Origin: Octopus vulgaris
Lineage: Eukaryota
Assembly (NCBI GenBank): GCA_951406725.2
Contig: OX597815.1
Span: 182,404,001 to 182,468,000, forward strand
Length of the DNA stretch: 64,000 bases
Direction: 5' to 3'
The translations under genes and the position numbers were made by a program. Below the pieces are notes generated by a model. That model ran no database searches. It worked only from the letters and a program-made list of their open reading frames with translations, and was not told the origin of the DNA. Below, one piece after another: positions 27,883 to 39,990 of this stretch (its first letter is position 1; each line of letters opens with the position of its first letter).

Positions 27883-28224
27883 TGGCGCATGGATCAGTGG
27901 TTAGAACGTCGGACTCACAATCACGAGGAGGTGAGTTCGATTCCCGGACCGGTCAGTGTGTTGCGTTCTTGAGTAAAGCATTTTATTTCATGTTGCTCAA
28001 TTCGCTCAGTTGTAGAAATGAATTGCGACGTCACTGGTGCCGAGCTGTATCGGCCCCTTTGCATTTCTCTTGGATAACATCGGTGGCATGAAGATAGGAG
28101 ACTAGTACGCATGGGTGGCTGGTGGTCTTCCATAAACAACATTGCCCGGGCTTGTTCCTCGGAGGATAACTTTCTAGGTGCAATCCCATGGTCATTTATG
28201 TCCAAATGGGGTATTTTACCCTTC
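27883..28224 (+). mobile_element. SINE sharing the family C head/core but with a different 3' half
   Basis: ggcgcatggatcagtggttaga...gagttcgattccc...ttttatttcatgttgctcaattcgctcag; the 3' part is unrelated to 22433-22610. Confidence 0.8.
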
Positions 28225-28270
28225 ATACTTATATATGGAGATAGATAGAAAAGTGATACATGTATTTTTG

Positions 28271-28306
<36 letters not shown>

Positions 28307-28307
<1 letters not shown>

Positions 28308-29196
28308 TAGCTTACGGTGACCCGCTCTACGCGCGGGTAAGAGTGTGGTTGTTACATTCTGTTGCTTCCTTTCTGTTGTTTATCACCACATTCTCCCTCT
28401 TTGTTTCTCTCTCCTTTCTCTCTCACTATCCCACTCTCTTACTCTTCCTTTTTCTCGGACTTTCCCTCGCTTTCTCTTACTCTCTATCTTTCTCTGTCTA
28501 TCTCTCTCCCATTTATAAACAACAAAAGATCTTGAGTAAGTTGAGAAAGAAAATAGTTTGAAAGATCAATCATAAATATCAGGCAGCGACAACGGAAAGG
28601 TTTGCTTCAAGGCAGACAGCAAAACACTAACATTTAAAATGGACAGACGAACTAGCGAGCTGAAAAAAAATTTTTTAAATATTGGAAACCAAAGTTTGAA
28701 GGGATAGAATCTGAGGATAGTAAGCTCACCATGGCTGGCATTTCTTAACGACGGACAGCAACGTAGTGGCAGTTTAACGGCTGTCGTAAAATTTTGAACT
28801 TGATGTAAAATAAAATTCCTAAACACTAAGTTTCGAAGTGATTCTTTCTTACGACAGTAGACTCACCATGGCAAGCATTCAAAACTTCTTCATCATGGAC
28901 GACAACACATTGACGGTTTGAAGGCTGGCACAAATTTTTTAGCTTGCTATAACAGATAATTCCTAAACACCCTCTCCTGTAAATTTTAAACCCCTTCCAG
29001 CCCCAGTTAGACCCCTTTTCACATATTGGTTAATATAACCCGATTTCATTCGGGTCTACTCGGGCCACATTTTATAAGATGAGAAATTTTGTCCTAGAGG
29101 TCATTTGAGCGAAAAAAATAGCTGCCATGCAAACTTGCGAGCACTTTTAACATAGGTGTGCATGTTTTCAGCTCAACCGACCACATAATGCACACA

Positions 29197-29273
<77 letters not shown>

Positions 29274-29339
29274 CATTATATATACAAATGTATAAAGTTA
29301 TATATATATATATATATATAAATACAGATATATACATAC

Positions 29340-29404
<65 letters not shown>

Positions 29405-29978
29405 TATATACACTTAGTATATATACATTATGTATACATATTTATATATAGAACACACAGACACACATATATATAAATTAACACCATAATTATCGCCACC
29501 ACCACCACACAATCGTGAGAACAAATATTTGTTCTCATGATTGTGTGGTAGTGGTGGTTGTGGCGATGATAATTCTCTCTATGAATGCAGACAGACGTAC
29601 AGAGAGAGAGAGGGGATATGTGTGAGAGAAAGAGTGAGAGCGCTGGCGAAGGCGGCGGAGGAAGGATAGTTGATCTGTCACACGTCGTTATAGAGAGAAA
29701 GTGAAGGGAAGGGAGGAAAGAGAGAGAGAGCTGGAGGAAGACAGGCAGATAAGAGAATGAGATTAACGAAAAAAGACTTGTCAAAGTGTGGGTTTTTTGC
29801 CCTGGTAACCACAGCTTTTGAGATAGGGATTTGTAACCTAGCCCACTCATATCTTCACCTCATTTTACATGTCCCTGTAAATTTCGGAGTGAATCCGACG
29901 GGATCTAGTGCCCTTTAACCTGCTCCAATGCCAAAACCAGACAAACAAACTTTCGCATTTCAGATTTATAAATATTGA
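28307..29978 (-). mobile_element. Non-autonomous Helitron (possibly two adjacent pieces)
   Basis: Minus strand: 5' A|TCAATATTTATAAAT...gtttgtttgtc at 29978; 3' hairpin acccgc-gcgtaga-gcgggt followed by CTAG|T at 28307. Confidence 0.7.
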
Positions 29979-29986
29979 TGTATATA

Positions 29987-30250
29987 ATGGTATTTTATAT
30001 AATACCATGGTAATCACTTATGGTGATCACCGTGCAATGACTAAGGAAAATAGTCTAATAAACCCTCGATAGAAAAAAGAAGGATTTCCTATCCGTGTGT
30101 AAAGGTAACAAAGAGAAGTGGGTTCGTGTCCCACGCGGATAGAAAAGCCGTCTTTTTTCTGTTGAGGGCTTATATGCCCCCTTATTAGACTATTTTCCCT
30201 TGTCATTGCACGATGATCGCCATAAGCTTTAAGCTTATATAAAGTACCAT
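29987..30250. repeat. Imperfect long inverted repeat (foldback) with a tRNA-like centre
   Basis: cttatggtgatcaccgtgcaatgac...aaaatagtctaataa versus ttattagactatttt...gtcattgcacgatgatcgccataag; a second paired block ccctcgatagaaaaaaga versus tcttttttctgttgaggg. Confidence 0.9.
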
Positions 30251-30317
30251 CATTATTATTTACAGGATTGTAAAATACGGTGCCGTATAACAAAACCATT
30301 CGCACCGAAAGCATATA

Positions 30318-30375
<58 letters not shown>

Positions 30376-32327
30376 TGTATGTATGTATGTATGTATGTAT
30401 GTATGTATGTATGTATGTATGTATGTATGTATGTGTGTATATATGTATATATATATATTACTAGCGGGAGCACTCTACTGTTGAGGTAGTATGTTGTACA
30501 TTGATTTGATTTGTATTCTATAGTCGTATAGTGTATATGGATAAGTTAATGTATGGTAGGCATTGGCAAGAACGATGGCAAGATATGTTATAGGAATGAA
30601 GTTCTGACGTTAATAATGCTAAACGCGAAGAGTTATTTGATGAAATGCAATTACGGTCAAGGAACCAAGAAAAATTACTAGCGATAAAATAAGTATTAGG
30701 CTGTAAGGAAAAATGTACTGAGATCGATTCTTTCCTCTAAAATCCTTCTAGGCGGTGCTCCAACACTGGTGACGTCTAAAGACTGAAACAAATTACCACA
30801 AAAGATATACACACATACACACACTGATGCATTTTTAATATTGCTAGTATTCGTAAACTAAACACAATGTCGTCGTTAACACCATTACCCTATCTACGTT
30901 CATGATTAGTGAAAGTTTGAGCACCTCTTATTCACATTATAGTCACCCATTTAATGCAAACCGGATGAAAGAAATGTATTGTATTGTTTGTTTATATATA
31001 ACATGCAAATATAGTATAAAATATTCTTACATACAAAATGACAATGAAACTAAGCAAGCCGATATGTAGATATTTACTAGCAATGTGATTCTACTATTAC
31101 TTATGTTAAAGCAATGGGCATGCATACACAAATATACCTCACCGTTGTTGTTTCTTTATAACTTAAGGAAAAATGTATATTTGTAATCAAATTATTTACA
31201 AATTCGCTTCATATGGTGTACATTCCGATTATATCGTATTCTGCTGTGGGTAGTGGAGTTTCAGAAAATTATGAGTCGTTAAAAGGGGGTATATTTAAAT
31301 GAAATTTTCTTTAAGAGACTTTCAGGGTGCATAAATTACAATTATATCGGAATTTGTTGTGAAAATGAAAATGGCGAGCCCGTACATACACATACTGACA
31401 CGTTTCACAGATTTTTCTAAATCTCATGTTTCATCTTGTAGACACATGCGATGTCTCAGTATATATGTGTTTGCACCTACTATTTGTTTTCCTTTTTATT
31501 TTAAATTCCGATATAATCGTGATCTACTCACTCTGAAATTCATTTGCAGAAAATCTCACCGAATAATATCCATATTTATAAACGTCACGAGGAAACAAAT
31601 GCCACTCCCACGAAATAACTTTTTCACAAGTTATTCCGATATCATCTGAATCTACGCAATCTGAAGCGTATTTCTAGAAAAGTTAATGAAAAAAATATGT
31701 ATTTGTTTGGAATTTATGTGGACAGAAATATTAATTCTTAGTAGGACGCCAGCAAAGCAAGCAACAGTTGAAAATATAAAATTTAAAGCAGGCAGCTTTA
31801 AGATGAAATATTGCAAAGCAGTTGTTAACAGAACAGGAATGAATTTAATATTAAAAACAACGGTGACTAAAGGAGGAATAAATGAACAAACAAAAACGGA
31901 ATGAAACGTAAGCTGTAATAGAAGAATTCTTCAAACACGCAATGTTTACGAAGTAGAAATTCAAATGAGAGGTTACTTGCGTTCGCGCATGTGCTTGAAC
32001 AGTAGTCCGGTCACGATCACTTCGTTCCGGCCGGGACCGGAGGTTACTGTATATCACTGCGCATGAGTTACCGGAAGTCCATAATCAGCATGCACTTTTT
32101 AAAAAATTAAACCATAGGTATCCATGTGGATGCGTGGGTGTGCGTGTGCGTGTGTTCATATATTTATGTGCAAATATTTAAAGTCCGAAACGAATGGGTG
32201 AAATTTCAGAACCTATGTTAGAATGGGGTTTTAAGAAGGAGCTAGAAGGGACAAGTAAGGATGCAAGCTTAAGATTGTATGCGTCAGAAAGTGGGTTTAA
32301 GGTATGAATAGTGTGTGTGTGTGTGTT

Positions 32328-32562
32328 TAAGGCGGTGAGCTGGCAGAACCGTTAGCACGCCGGGCGAAATGCGTAGCCGTATTTCGTCTGTCGTTACGTT
32401 CTGAGTTCAAATTCCGCCGAGGTCGACTTTGCCTTTCATCCTTTGGGGGGTCGATTAAATAAGTACCAGTGACGCACTGGGGTCGATGTAATCGACTTAA
32501 TCCGTTTGTCTGTCCTTGTTTGTCCTCTCTGTGTTTAGCCCCTTGTGAGTAGTAAAGAAATA
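32328..32562 (+). mobile_element. SINE family A monomer, young
   Basis: Complete head, B-box-like gagttcaaattcc, central domain and tail; inserted in a (TG)n tract. Confidence 0.92.
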
Positions 32563-33639
32563 GAATTGTGTGTGTGTGTGTGTGCATGTGTGTGTGTGTG
32601 TGTGTGTGTGCGCATGTGTGTGTGTGTGTATGAGTAGATAAGCCTGCTAGTGTTGAAATATAATGTCGATTACTGAAATATAATGACGCTGGCGAGATAT
32701 TAGTGTAAATGTGTGATCGATAGGGGATGTAGCGAAGTGTATATGTGAAGAGGGGAGATAGTGTGCAGCTGGGAACCAAGATATTGGTGAAGTAATTGGA
32801 ATGGAAAGAGCAATGTGGAAGTTGTTGTTGATGTTTGGACAAGTGTATAAGAAAAGTACGAAGAGCTGTGATGACGCATTGTTAACAAGGGTGTAAAGAA
32901 TTAAAATAAAATTTGAAGAAAAGAATAAAATGTATGAATTCTGTGAAGTGACAGAAGTCAAACGAAATGATAAAAAACACACAACTGAAAATTTCGCAAA
33001 GTTTCGTCAAGTGTCCAGAGGATTAAAAGAACCTTATAAAATCCATAAAGAGAAACAGATAACAATATGATAAAGCTGTTTAACTACACGGAGAAGAAAT
33101 ACCGTGATGAATAGATTAATCGGACGTGACGCATGTGGTGGTGCAAAAGGAATATGCTTGAAGGGGAAAGTTGTCATTTTCGAAAGAAGATTGGAGAGGG
33201 AAACGATAGAAGTAATGTGAGTACAGGTACGTGAGCAATGGCAAGCTGAAGAGTGAAGCAGAGGTGACAGACGAAATGTCGGGGAGAGGAAGAAGCTGAT
33301 ACAAAATTGTCAGGCAATAGGAGAGTGAGGAAATGTTAGGGAGGAATGTGTGAGATTGTCGGTAGGGACTGACAGATGAGATAGTAGGGACAGAGGCCAT
33401 GGTGTGAATGTTGTGAGCAGGGATGCTGATGACACATTGGAGGAGAAAAAAAAGCCATGAGAGAAAGTGAGTAATTCTGGAAAATGTGTTGAGAAAAGTG
33501 CCAAAGTGTGGCTTATTTCTTCCACTTTATCTCTGCTCTTCTATCTTTGTATCTATCGATTTATTCAATCATCTCTATATCTCTTCCTCTCATTACACAT
33601 GCGTGTATGCACGTACATACGAGTACATATGAAGAAATA

Positions 33640-33678
<39 letters not shown>

Positions 33679-33772
33679 GAGGCCGGTTTATTTCGAATTG
33701 ATGTAATTTTTTCATTGGTCGATTAAATGGAGCATGAATATGTATATGTATATATATACATATACATACGTG

Positions 33773-33822
<50 letters not shown>

Positions 33823-33867
33823 GATAGATAGATATATAGATAGATGGATAGACAGATAGATAGGTAG

Positions 33868-33905
<38 letters not shown>

Positions 33906-33909
33906 TGAG

Positions 33910-33987
<78 letters not shown>

Positions 33988-34225
33988 ATGAGAGCGGTTT
34001 AATTTCAAATTGATGTCAATTTTTCATTGATCGATTAAATGGAGCCGTTTGAAACAGCCGTAATGCACTGATACCTGGACATCCTTGTTACTTTTTTTTT
34101 TATTCACCTAAATTCGAGCTGTGCGAACTAAACCGGACTGAGTTGGTGCCTCAACTTAAGTTCCTAATTCAACCGAATCTTAATTATTTCTTACATATAA
34201 ACATACGTATACTCGTGCATCCATA

Positions 34226-35520
34226 CAGGATTCCCCGCGTTACAGTAGTAATGCGTTCCCGAAAATTTTAAAGACTTGTCTTATGGTGAAATGACATGGC
34301 AAGACATCAATTGTCTCATTGATTTTCATTTTATTAATTGTTAATGTGTTTTAACTGATATTTCCGGAAAAAAAAAACAATACGATGTGTTTTGTTTGAA
34401 AATAGGAATTTCTAAAGATGCACACTACAATATGTATTTAAAAATATTTGCAGTAAATAGGTAAGAGGGAAAATGAAGATCGTAATAGGGTCTGTTCTTT
34501 CTACAAATGATATTGATTATTGTGTGAGGGGATGTGATAGTTACTTGGTAGACGTGGGACACTGACTTCTATATTAAAGTTTATCATCCTCAACATCTAC
34601 AAAAGGAGCGAAAAACTTGTCACATTATCCATTTGTACAACTCAATGCTCATTGTAAAACTTCCGTAATATTTATATTACATGTAGGATACTGTTTCTTA
34701 TCAACAAAAATTTGCAGATTTTCTCTACAAGTACCAGCCGTTTAGCAATATTCATTGTAATGAATATAAGTCAATTTATTTTCCTTATTATCACCTATGT
34801 TCTCAGCTTGGTTTTGTCCTTACAATATTGCCTCCACCCTTTTTAAACGTTTTACATGGGACATTATCATCTCAGACACATCCCCTCCTTAACTTCTGCA
34901 AACCTTATATCATTTGCAAATGTCGCGATATCTTTCCGAATTTAAAGTAGCCTTTTCACTTGTAGAAAACATGTAAAGTCACGGACGCGGCCCTTTAGTA
35001 TATTCCCGAAGCACAATTCAAACTTGAGGGTTTCACTTTTTGTCACCATTATTCAGCTTATATCCACAGCTGCTATAATGCTGTACCTCTTCCAGAAGTC
35101 TCTAACTATGGATTTACTCGCCTTGTAAATTGCTTTCATATGTCTTTCGAAAATTCTTCTCAGAAAATATAGCTTGAATTTTGCTATCACACTTTGATCC
35201 ATTTGCTGGATCAAAGAAGTTGTATTTCGGAGGATAGATTCTACTCTCAAATTACAAGAAGTCTCATTTAAGATTACTAAAATAATCAGTGCTTCATTGG
35301 AAATAGTTTGTCTGGCACTGTAACAGAACAGAAAGTTTCTAAATCACTATTCGATAAAGTATCTTAGTCATCCACGCTTTCTTATTTAAACGCCAAACCA
35401 GAAGCAACTTAACCATTGAAAGCCCTTGGGTTATCGCAGTAATACATTGTCGAGAGGGACATTGCTTTACAAGACGTTAAGCAGTGACTTAAAACTTGGT
35501 TTCTATGTCTAGCAGGTTCA
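34226..35520 (-). mobile_element. Tigger/pogo-like DNA transposon relic
   Basis: ORF 35053-35250 NTTSLIQQMDQSVIAKFK.YFLRR...FWK (cf. PPNTTSLIQPMDQGVI); upstream WRLNKKAWMT and NPRAF; TA|CAGGATTCCCCGCGTTAC TIR-like end at 34226. Confidence 0.85.
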
Positions 35521-37059
35521 ATGAGCATGGAGTCACTTCTTGTGGTGCGTTATACAATGTAAAATCCTCCATGAGATGCGTCAGACAGGGAGGATGAAAT
35601 CTTTCTCAACCATTTCAACTGATTGTTCGTATATCATTTGACAGGATCTACTCCTCGAAAGCTCTTCTCTAAGTCACCGTCCCGGACAATATTCTTCTGA
35701 TATCATAACAAATTGGGGGTTGCCTACATCTGTAATTCTTCAGGCTTGGTGACACCAGCGTTTTCTAAGGATACACATAGAATGGTAACCGCAGTAGTCA
35801 CAGGGGTTGCTGTCATAATTCAAAAAGTGAGAACAGACTACGTGCATAATCTATCTGGTACTCAAAAAATTCCACTAACCTACCACATTGATAGTCTAGT
35901 TCGTGATCCAGGAAAACGAGTGCCAAACTGAGCCTAAGTAGTAAGAGAACTCAGATAGCAGAAAATCAAAGTAAATAACTCATGATATTGTATCGGATGG
36001 TTTAAACACTCCGCCAATTAGTCCACTTAACCTCATGGAAGCACTGGATAATCCTTGGACTGCGCGGATTGGAGAGTTCATTGATGTATATGACATAGCA
36101 AACAGTAATGGTATCAAGAAATAGCCGTATAAAACGAAACATTGCGATAAAAGTATTAGGTAGTGTGAAACACGTTAACTGTTTATTCGTGAATAGGCTA
36201 ATGGTAGGACTTCTAGACGGTTACTTAATCTGCTAGAAATAGCAACCACATCTTCCTCAATTACGTTAAAGAAATGAAAGACACAGTGGATAACATAATT
36301 TTAGATATACTGCAACAAATAGAAAATGGTGTTTGAGTATTTTATGTGTAATTTGGATGAAAAAGAAAAATTGTCGGCTCGATCAGGGCAGCAGTAAGTT
36401 AAAACAAAAAGCATGTTAATTAATGTTTATTGATGACGACATTGATTACGTAAAAAGGTGGCGCTGCTTTGTTTAGATTTAATTTTGTCTATAATTGTTT
36501 TTGTGTGTTTTTACTGTTATTGTGTCGGTTGTCAGTAATTTACTGTTATTACTGCTGCTTCTACTGCTCATGATGATGAGAAGAGGGAGGAAATCATGAT
36601 AATGATAATTAAGAGAGAAATGATGATGATCATATCATGAACATGACGTCAATAATGACGTAAAAATGTGCCTTACTTGGAAACGTTCGATCTGTACTCG
36701 ACTACCAATGACATTGTTGAACGCTTTTGAATTACATTTCAATGTCACCCAGCATTAAACAGATAACTCCACAGACGGAAACACATACACCAACGCTTAC
36801 ATCGTTCTGACACACTCGTTGTGTCACCAACGCACCTTCTACTAACACAATCATCTAATAGCATACTAACTTACCCTCTAATACACTAAACTGTTCTAGA
36901 TTTCCTGTTCGACGCATGTTTGCTTTCTAACACAAACAGCCGTTGAGGGAAGGAAAGAGAAGAGGAATAACAGCAGTTAGGATGCCTTTGTAGGTTGGGC
37001 AGACGACGACTTCTAGTCCAAAACAAAATTATGCCTTAATTGCGTTTCCTTCAAAATTA

Positions 37060-37066
37060 TCACCAT

Positions 37067-37119
<53 letters not shown>

Positions 37120-37283
37120 GCATCATCAACAACAACAACAGCATCACGACAACATCAGCAACAACAATAATAATAGCAACAACAACGGCTGCAAATGCTT
37201 CCCCACCTCTAATTTCGAACATTTTATTTTGTCTTTGCACAAAAATCGGTGAGATTAATTGCAATTAATGATACTTTCCTTAA

Positions 37284-37320
<37 letters not shown>

Positions 37321-37392
37321 TTACTACTACTGCTGCTGCTGTTACTACTATTACTACTACAGATAATAATAATAATAATAATAATAATAATA
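37060..37392. repeat. Trinucleotide cluster (CAT/CAG/CAA, TAC/TGC, TAA)
   Basis: Direct inspection; abuts the 3' end of the Penelope-like element. Confidence 0.95.
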
Positions 37393-37394
37393 TC

Positions 37395-39990
37395 TTATAA
37401 AGGATTGGTGTAACTCTTTAGAAAGGTAAAACAGTCAAGACGAAGAGCGCGATTCGATCGTAATAGATATTTCATTGGTTGAACGATATTTCGACAGTTA
37501 TTCTGTTTTTGTCAAGTTCAAAATAAGAAGTGATAAAAATTCAAAATTATAGGTATTTAAACGTAAAGTATGAACGAGAGCAACCAGCGTCCACACGTTG
37601 ATGGAATTTCAATTTTAGAGCAGGCGAGAAGAAAAAGACAGAAATAAAAACAAAGAAAGAGGAAAGAAATAAGAAAGAAATAATAAAGAAAAATGAAAAG
37701 GAAAAAGAAGAATATTTAATCAAACAGTTTTGTATAAATTTGATGATATTCTGTCATTTTATTCAATCCTCAAGAGCGTGATGTTAATAACCTGCAAACA
37801 TATCTCTTCTCATACATTCTGAAAAGTGAAAATATAGCAGATACAGAATATTTTCTGAAAATGTGCATTTTCAAGTCTTTTTAAAAAATTGCAGCCGTTT
37901 GAAACGAAATGTTCGGCAAGTTCTGTCAAACTACTGTTATTGTGCCCAAAGTCGAATCTTTGCCCATTAAATCTTTTGTTTAATTGTTCTGTTGTACAAC
38001 CAATATAAATCAAGTTGTGTTTCGTGCATTCAGCCGCGTATACCAAATGGGAATCTCTACACGTCCCACCTTCTGTATAAATCACAACATTTCTGTTATG
38101 ATTCCTAATGGAATTCACTTGACTCATGTTGTTGCACCATAAACAGGGATTACCTCTCTTGCGGCTTTTTTCAAGGAACAGCTTGTAGATACTCCAATGT
38201 TCGTTTTCTTGGAGTCACAAATAAAGGTCAATAACTCTCTTATATTCTTATTCCGTCTAAGGTCTACAATAGGCGGATGAGGAAATATCTGTTTGAAGCG
38301 AGGATATGTTTTCGCTACATACTGGTAACTTTCATGCAACACTTTTGAAGAACCAGCGAAATTTCAGTACCAGTTAATCACTAAAGGAATTCTGTCATCT
38401 ATAGTATTTTGTTTGCTAAAATTATGCGTGAAGGTTTGACTATCTATGCTAATCTTAGCTATTTCATTTGCTATTTCCTTTAATCGTGATTCAGTGTAAC
38501 CACGTTTGACATAATGTTGTACAAAATCATTTGCATGTTTCCAGTAATCCCCTATGTCAGTACAAATCCATTTTATCCTAAAAAAATTGGGATTTCAAAT
38601 TTGACAGAATAATATGATGTAGATAATTGGAGCGGCGGTGGAGATAAATGTAGGATGACATGGGCTTACAAAATAACTCTGTCACTATTCTGCCTCCAGA
38701 AAACATCAACGCAAAACTTCAACGCTAGTTTTAAAAAAACTAGAGGTGAATTTTATGTTTTTAGCATAACAGCCACAGAAATGCAAGAAGTCCATTAAGC
38801 TATCCTGTGATTCTTTCCAGGCAAAATATACGTCATCAGTGAACCGTAACCAGAGTATTGGTTCATGACCATGAAGGGATTTGAATGCCTTCAGTAACTG
38901 TATCTCAAATTTCGTCATGAAGACATTACCGAAGTTAAGTACCATGGGGGTACTCATGGTGCAACCCTTCATCTGGTGGTAAAATCTTTGTCTAAACTTC
39001 ATTGTGTTACAGTGTAACAGAAACCTCAATAATCTACAGAGAAAATTTGATGGAATACTTTTGTTTGACCACTTTTCGAAGACATCCATGCATGCTTCTA
39101 CCCCTTCATCGTGGTCAATATCGGGATATAAGGAAGAACATTCATGATTACCAAACAACATTTCTCGGTACGGCCTCGGGGCTTAAAAAAGTTGTTGATT
39201 TTAAACACAAAACTAAAAGTATCCCGAATATAGAAACTTGATTTCTTTGCGACAGGGAGTAGAAAGCCATCCAGCCCTTCTAGAATTTTGGTCGTAAAAC
39301 ATTCATATCCCCTACAAAGTGGGAGGAAATCTTTCGAACTTTTTGCCTATTTTAGGGTGACCATAAAATACAGGTGTTTTTTCTGACCGTAAAATCTTGG
39401 ATTCGGCCTTATTAATGAAATAGCTCTCTTCCATTTCCAGAACTATTTTGTTAAATTCCACTCTGTAATTGGTGTTTTGGATCGACAGGTAATTCTTCAT
39501 ATGAAGTTTTGTAATTTAAAACGTCTTCACAAGCCGAAATATACTCACTTTTGTCCATAATTAAGATAACACCTCCCTTACTAGCCATTTTAATAACAAT
39601 AGAATCGTTATTAGCCAGACGTCGTTGTGAATTTGTGAGTTTATTCCAGCACATTTTTCCACTTGTTTTAAGGCTTTCCCTAATGCCTGCCTGAAATGAT
39701 TTAAGAAATTCCAGTAGTGCTTGTGAACGTCCATCTCGAACTTTATCTGGATACAAACTGGGATTCTTTTCAATCTAATTATGCCAGATTCGATCAGCAT
39801 CATTTTTATTTTCAGTAAGAACAGGGTTTTCTGACTCCTCATTACCAGTTTTTTTAAAACAAATACTCCTTCAGCTTGTGACAGCAGACAAACTGAAATA
39901 ATTCTTGAGCTAGTTTATTCTTGTCGAAATTCTTAGTGCTTGAGCAGAAACTCGGTCCAAGCTCCAAGATTGAGACATCGTCGGCGAAAG
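37395..39990 (-). mobile_element. Decayed Penelope-like retroelement (RT + GIY-YIG endonuclease)
   Basis: IVIKMASKGGVILIMDK (cf. KPADKG), FYGHPKI, SSLYPDIDHDEG, YHQMKGCTMSTP, WLRFTDDVYF, and HLVYAAECTKHNLIYIGCT...R (GIY-YIG) in collinear frameshifted ORFs. Confidence 0.93.
37479..37521 (-). ncRNA. Minimal variant type I hammerhead in the PLE 3' terminal region
   Basis: Minus strand: ttgaac-TTGACAA-aaacag-aataa-ctgtc-GAAA-tat-C-gttcaa; 6-bp stem I, U3-A8 core variant, palindromic atat stem III. Confidence 0.65.

Noticed and set aside
37013-37264. Poly-His/poly-Gln ORF resembling a transcription-factor low-complexity region
   Set aside because: Entirely trinucleotide repeats, no flanking domain or convincing splice context
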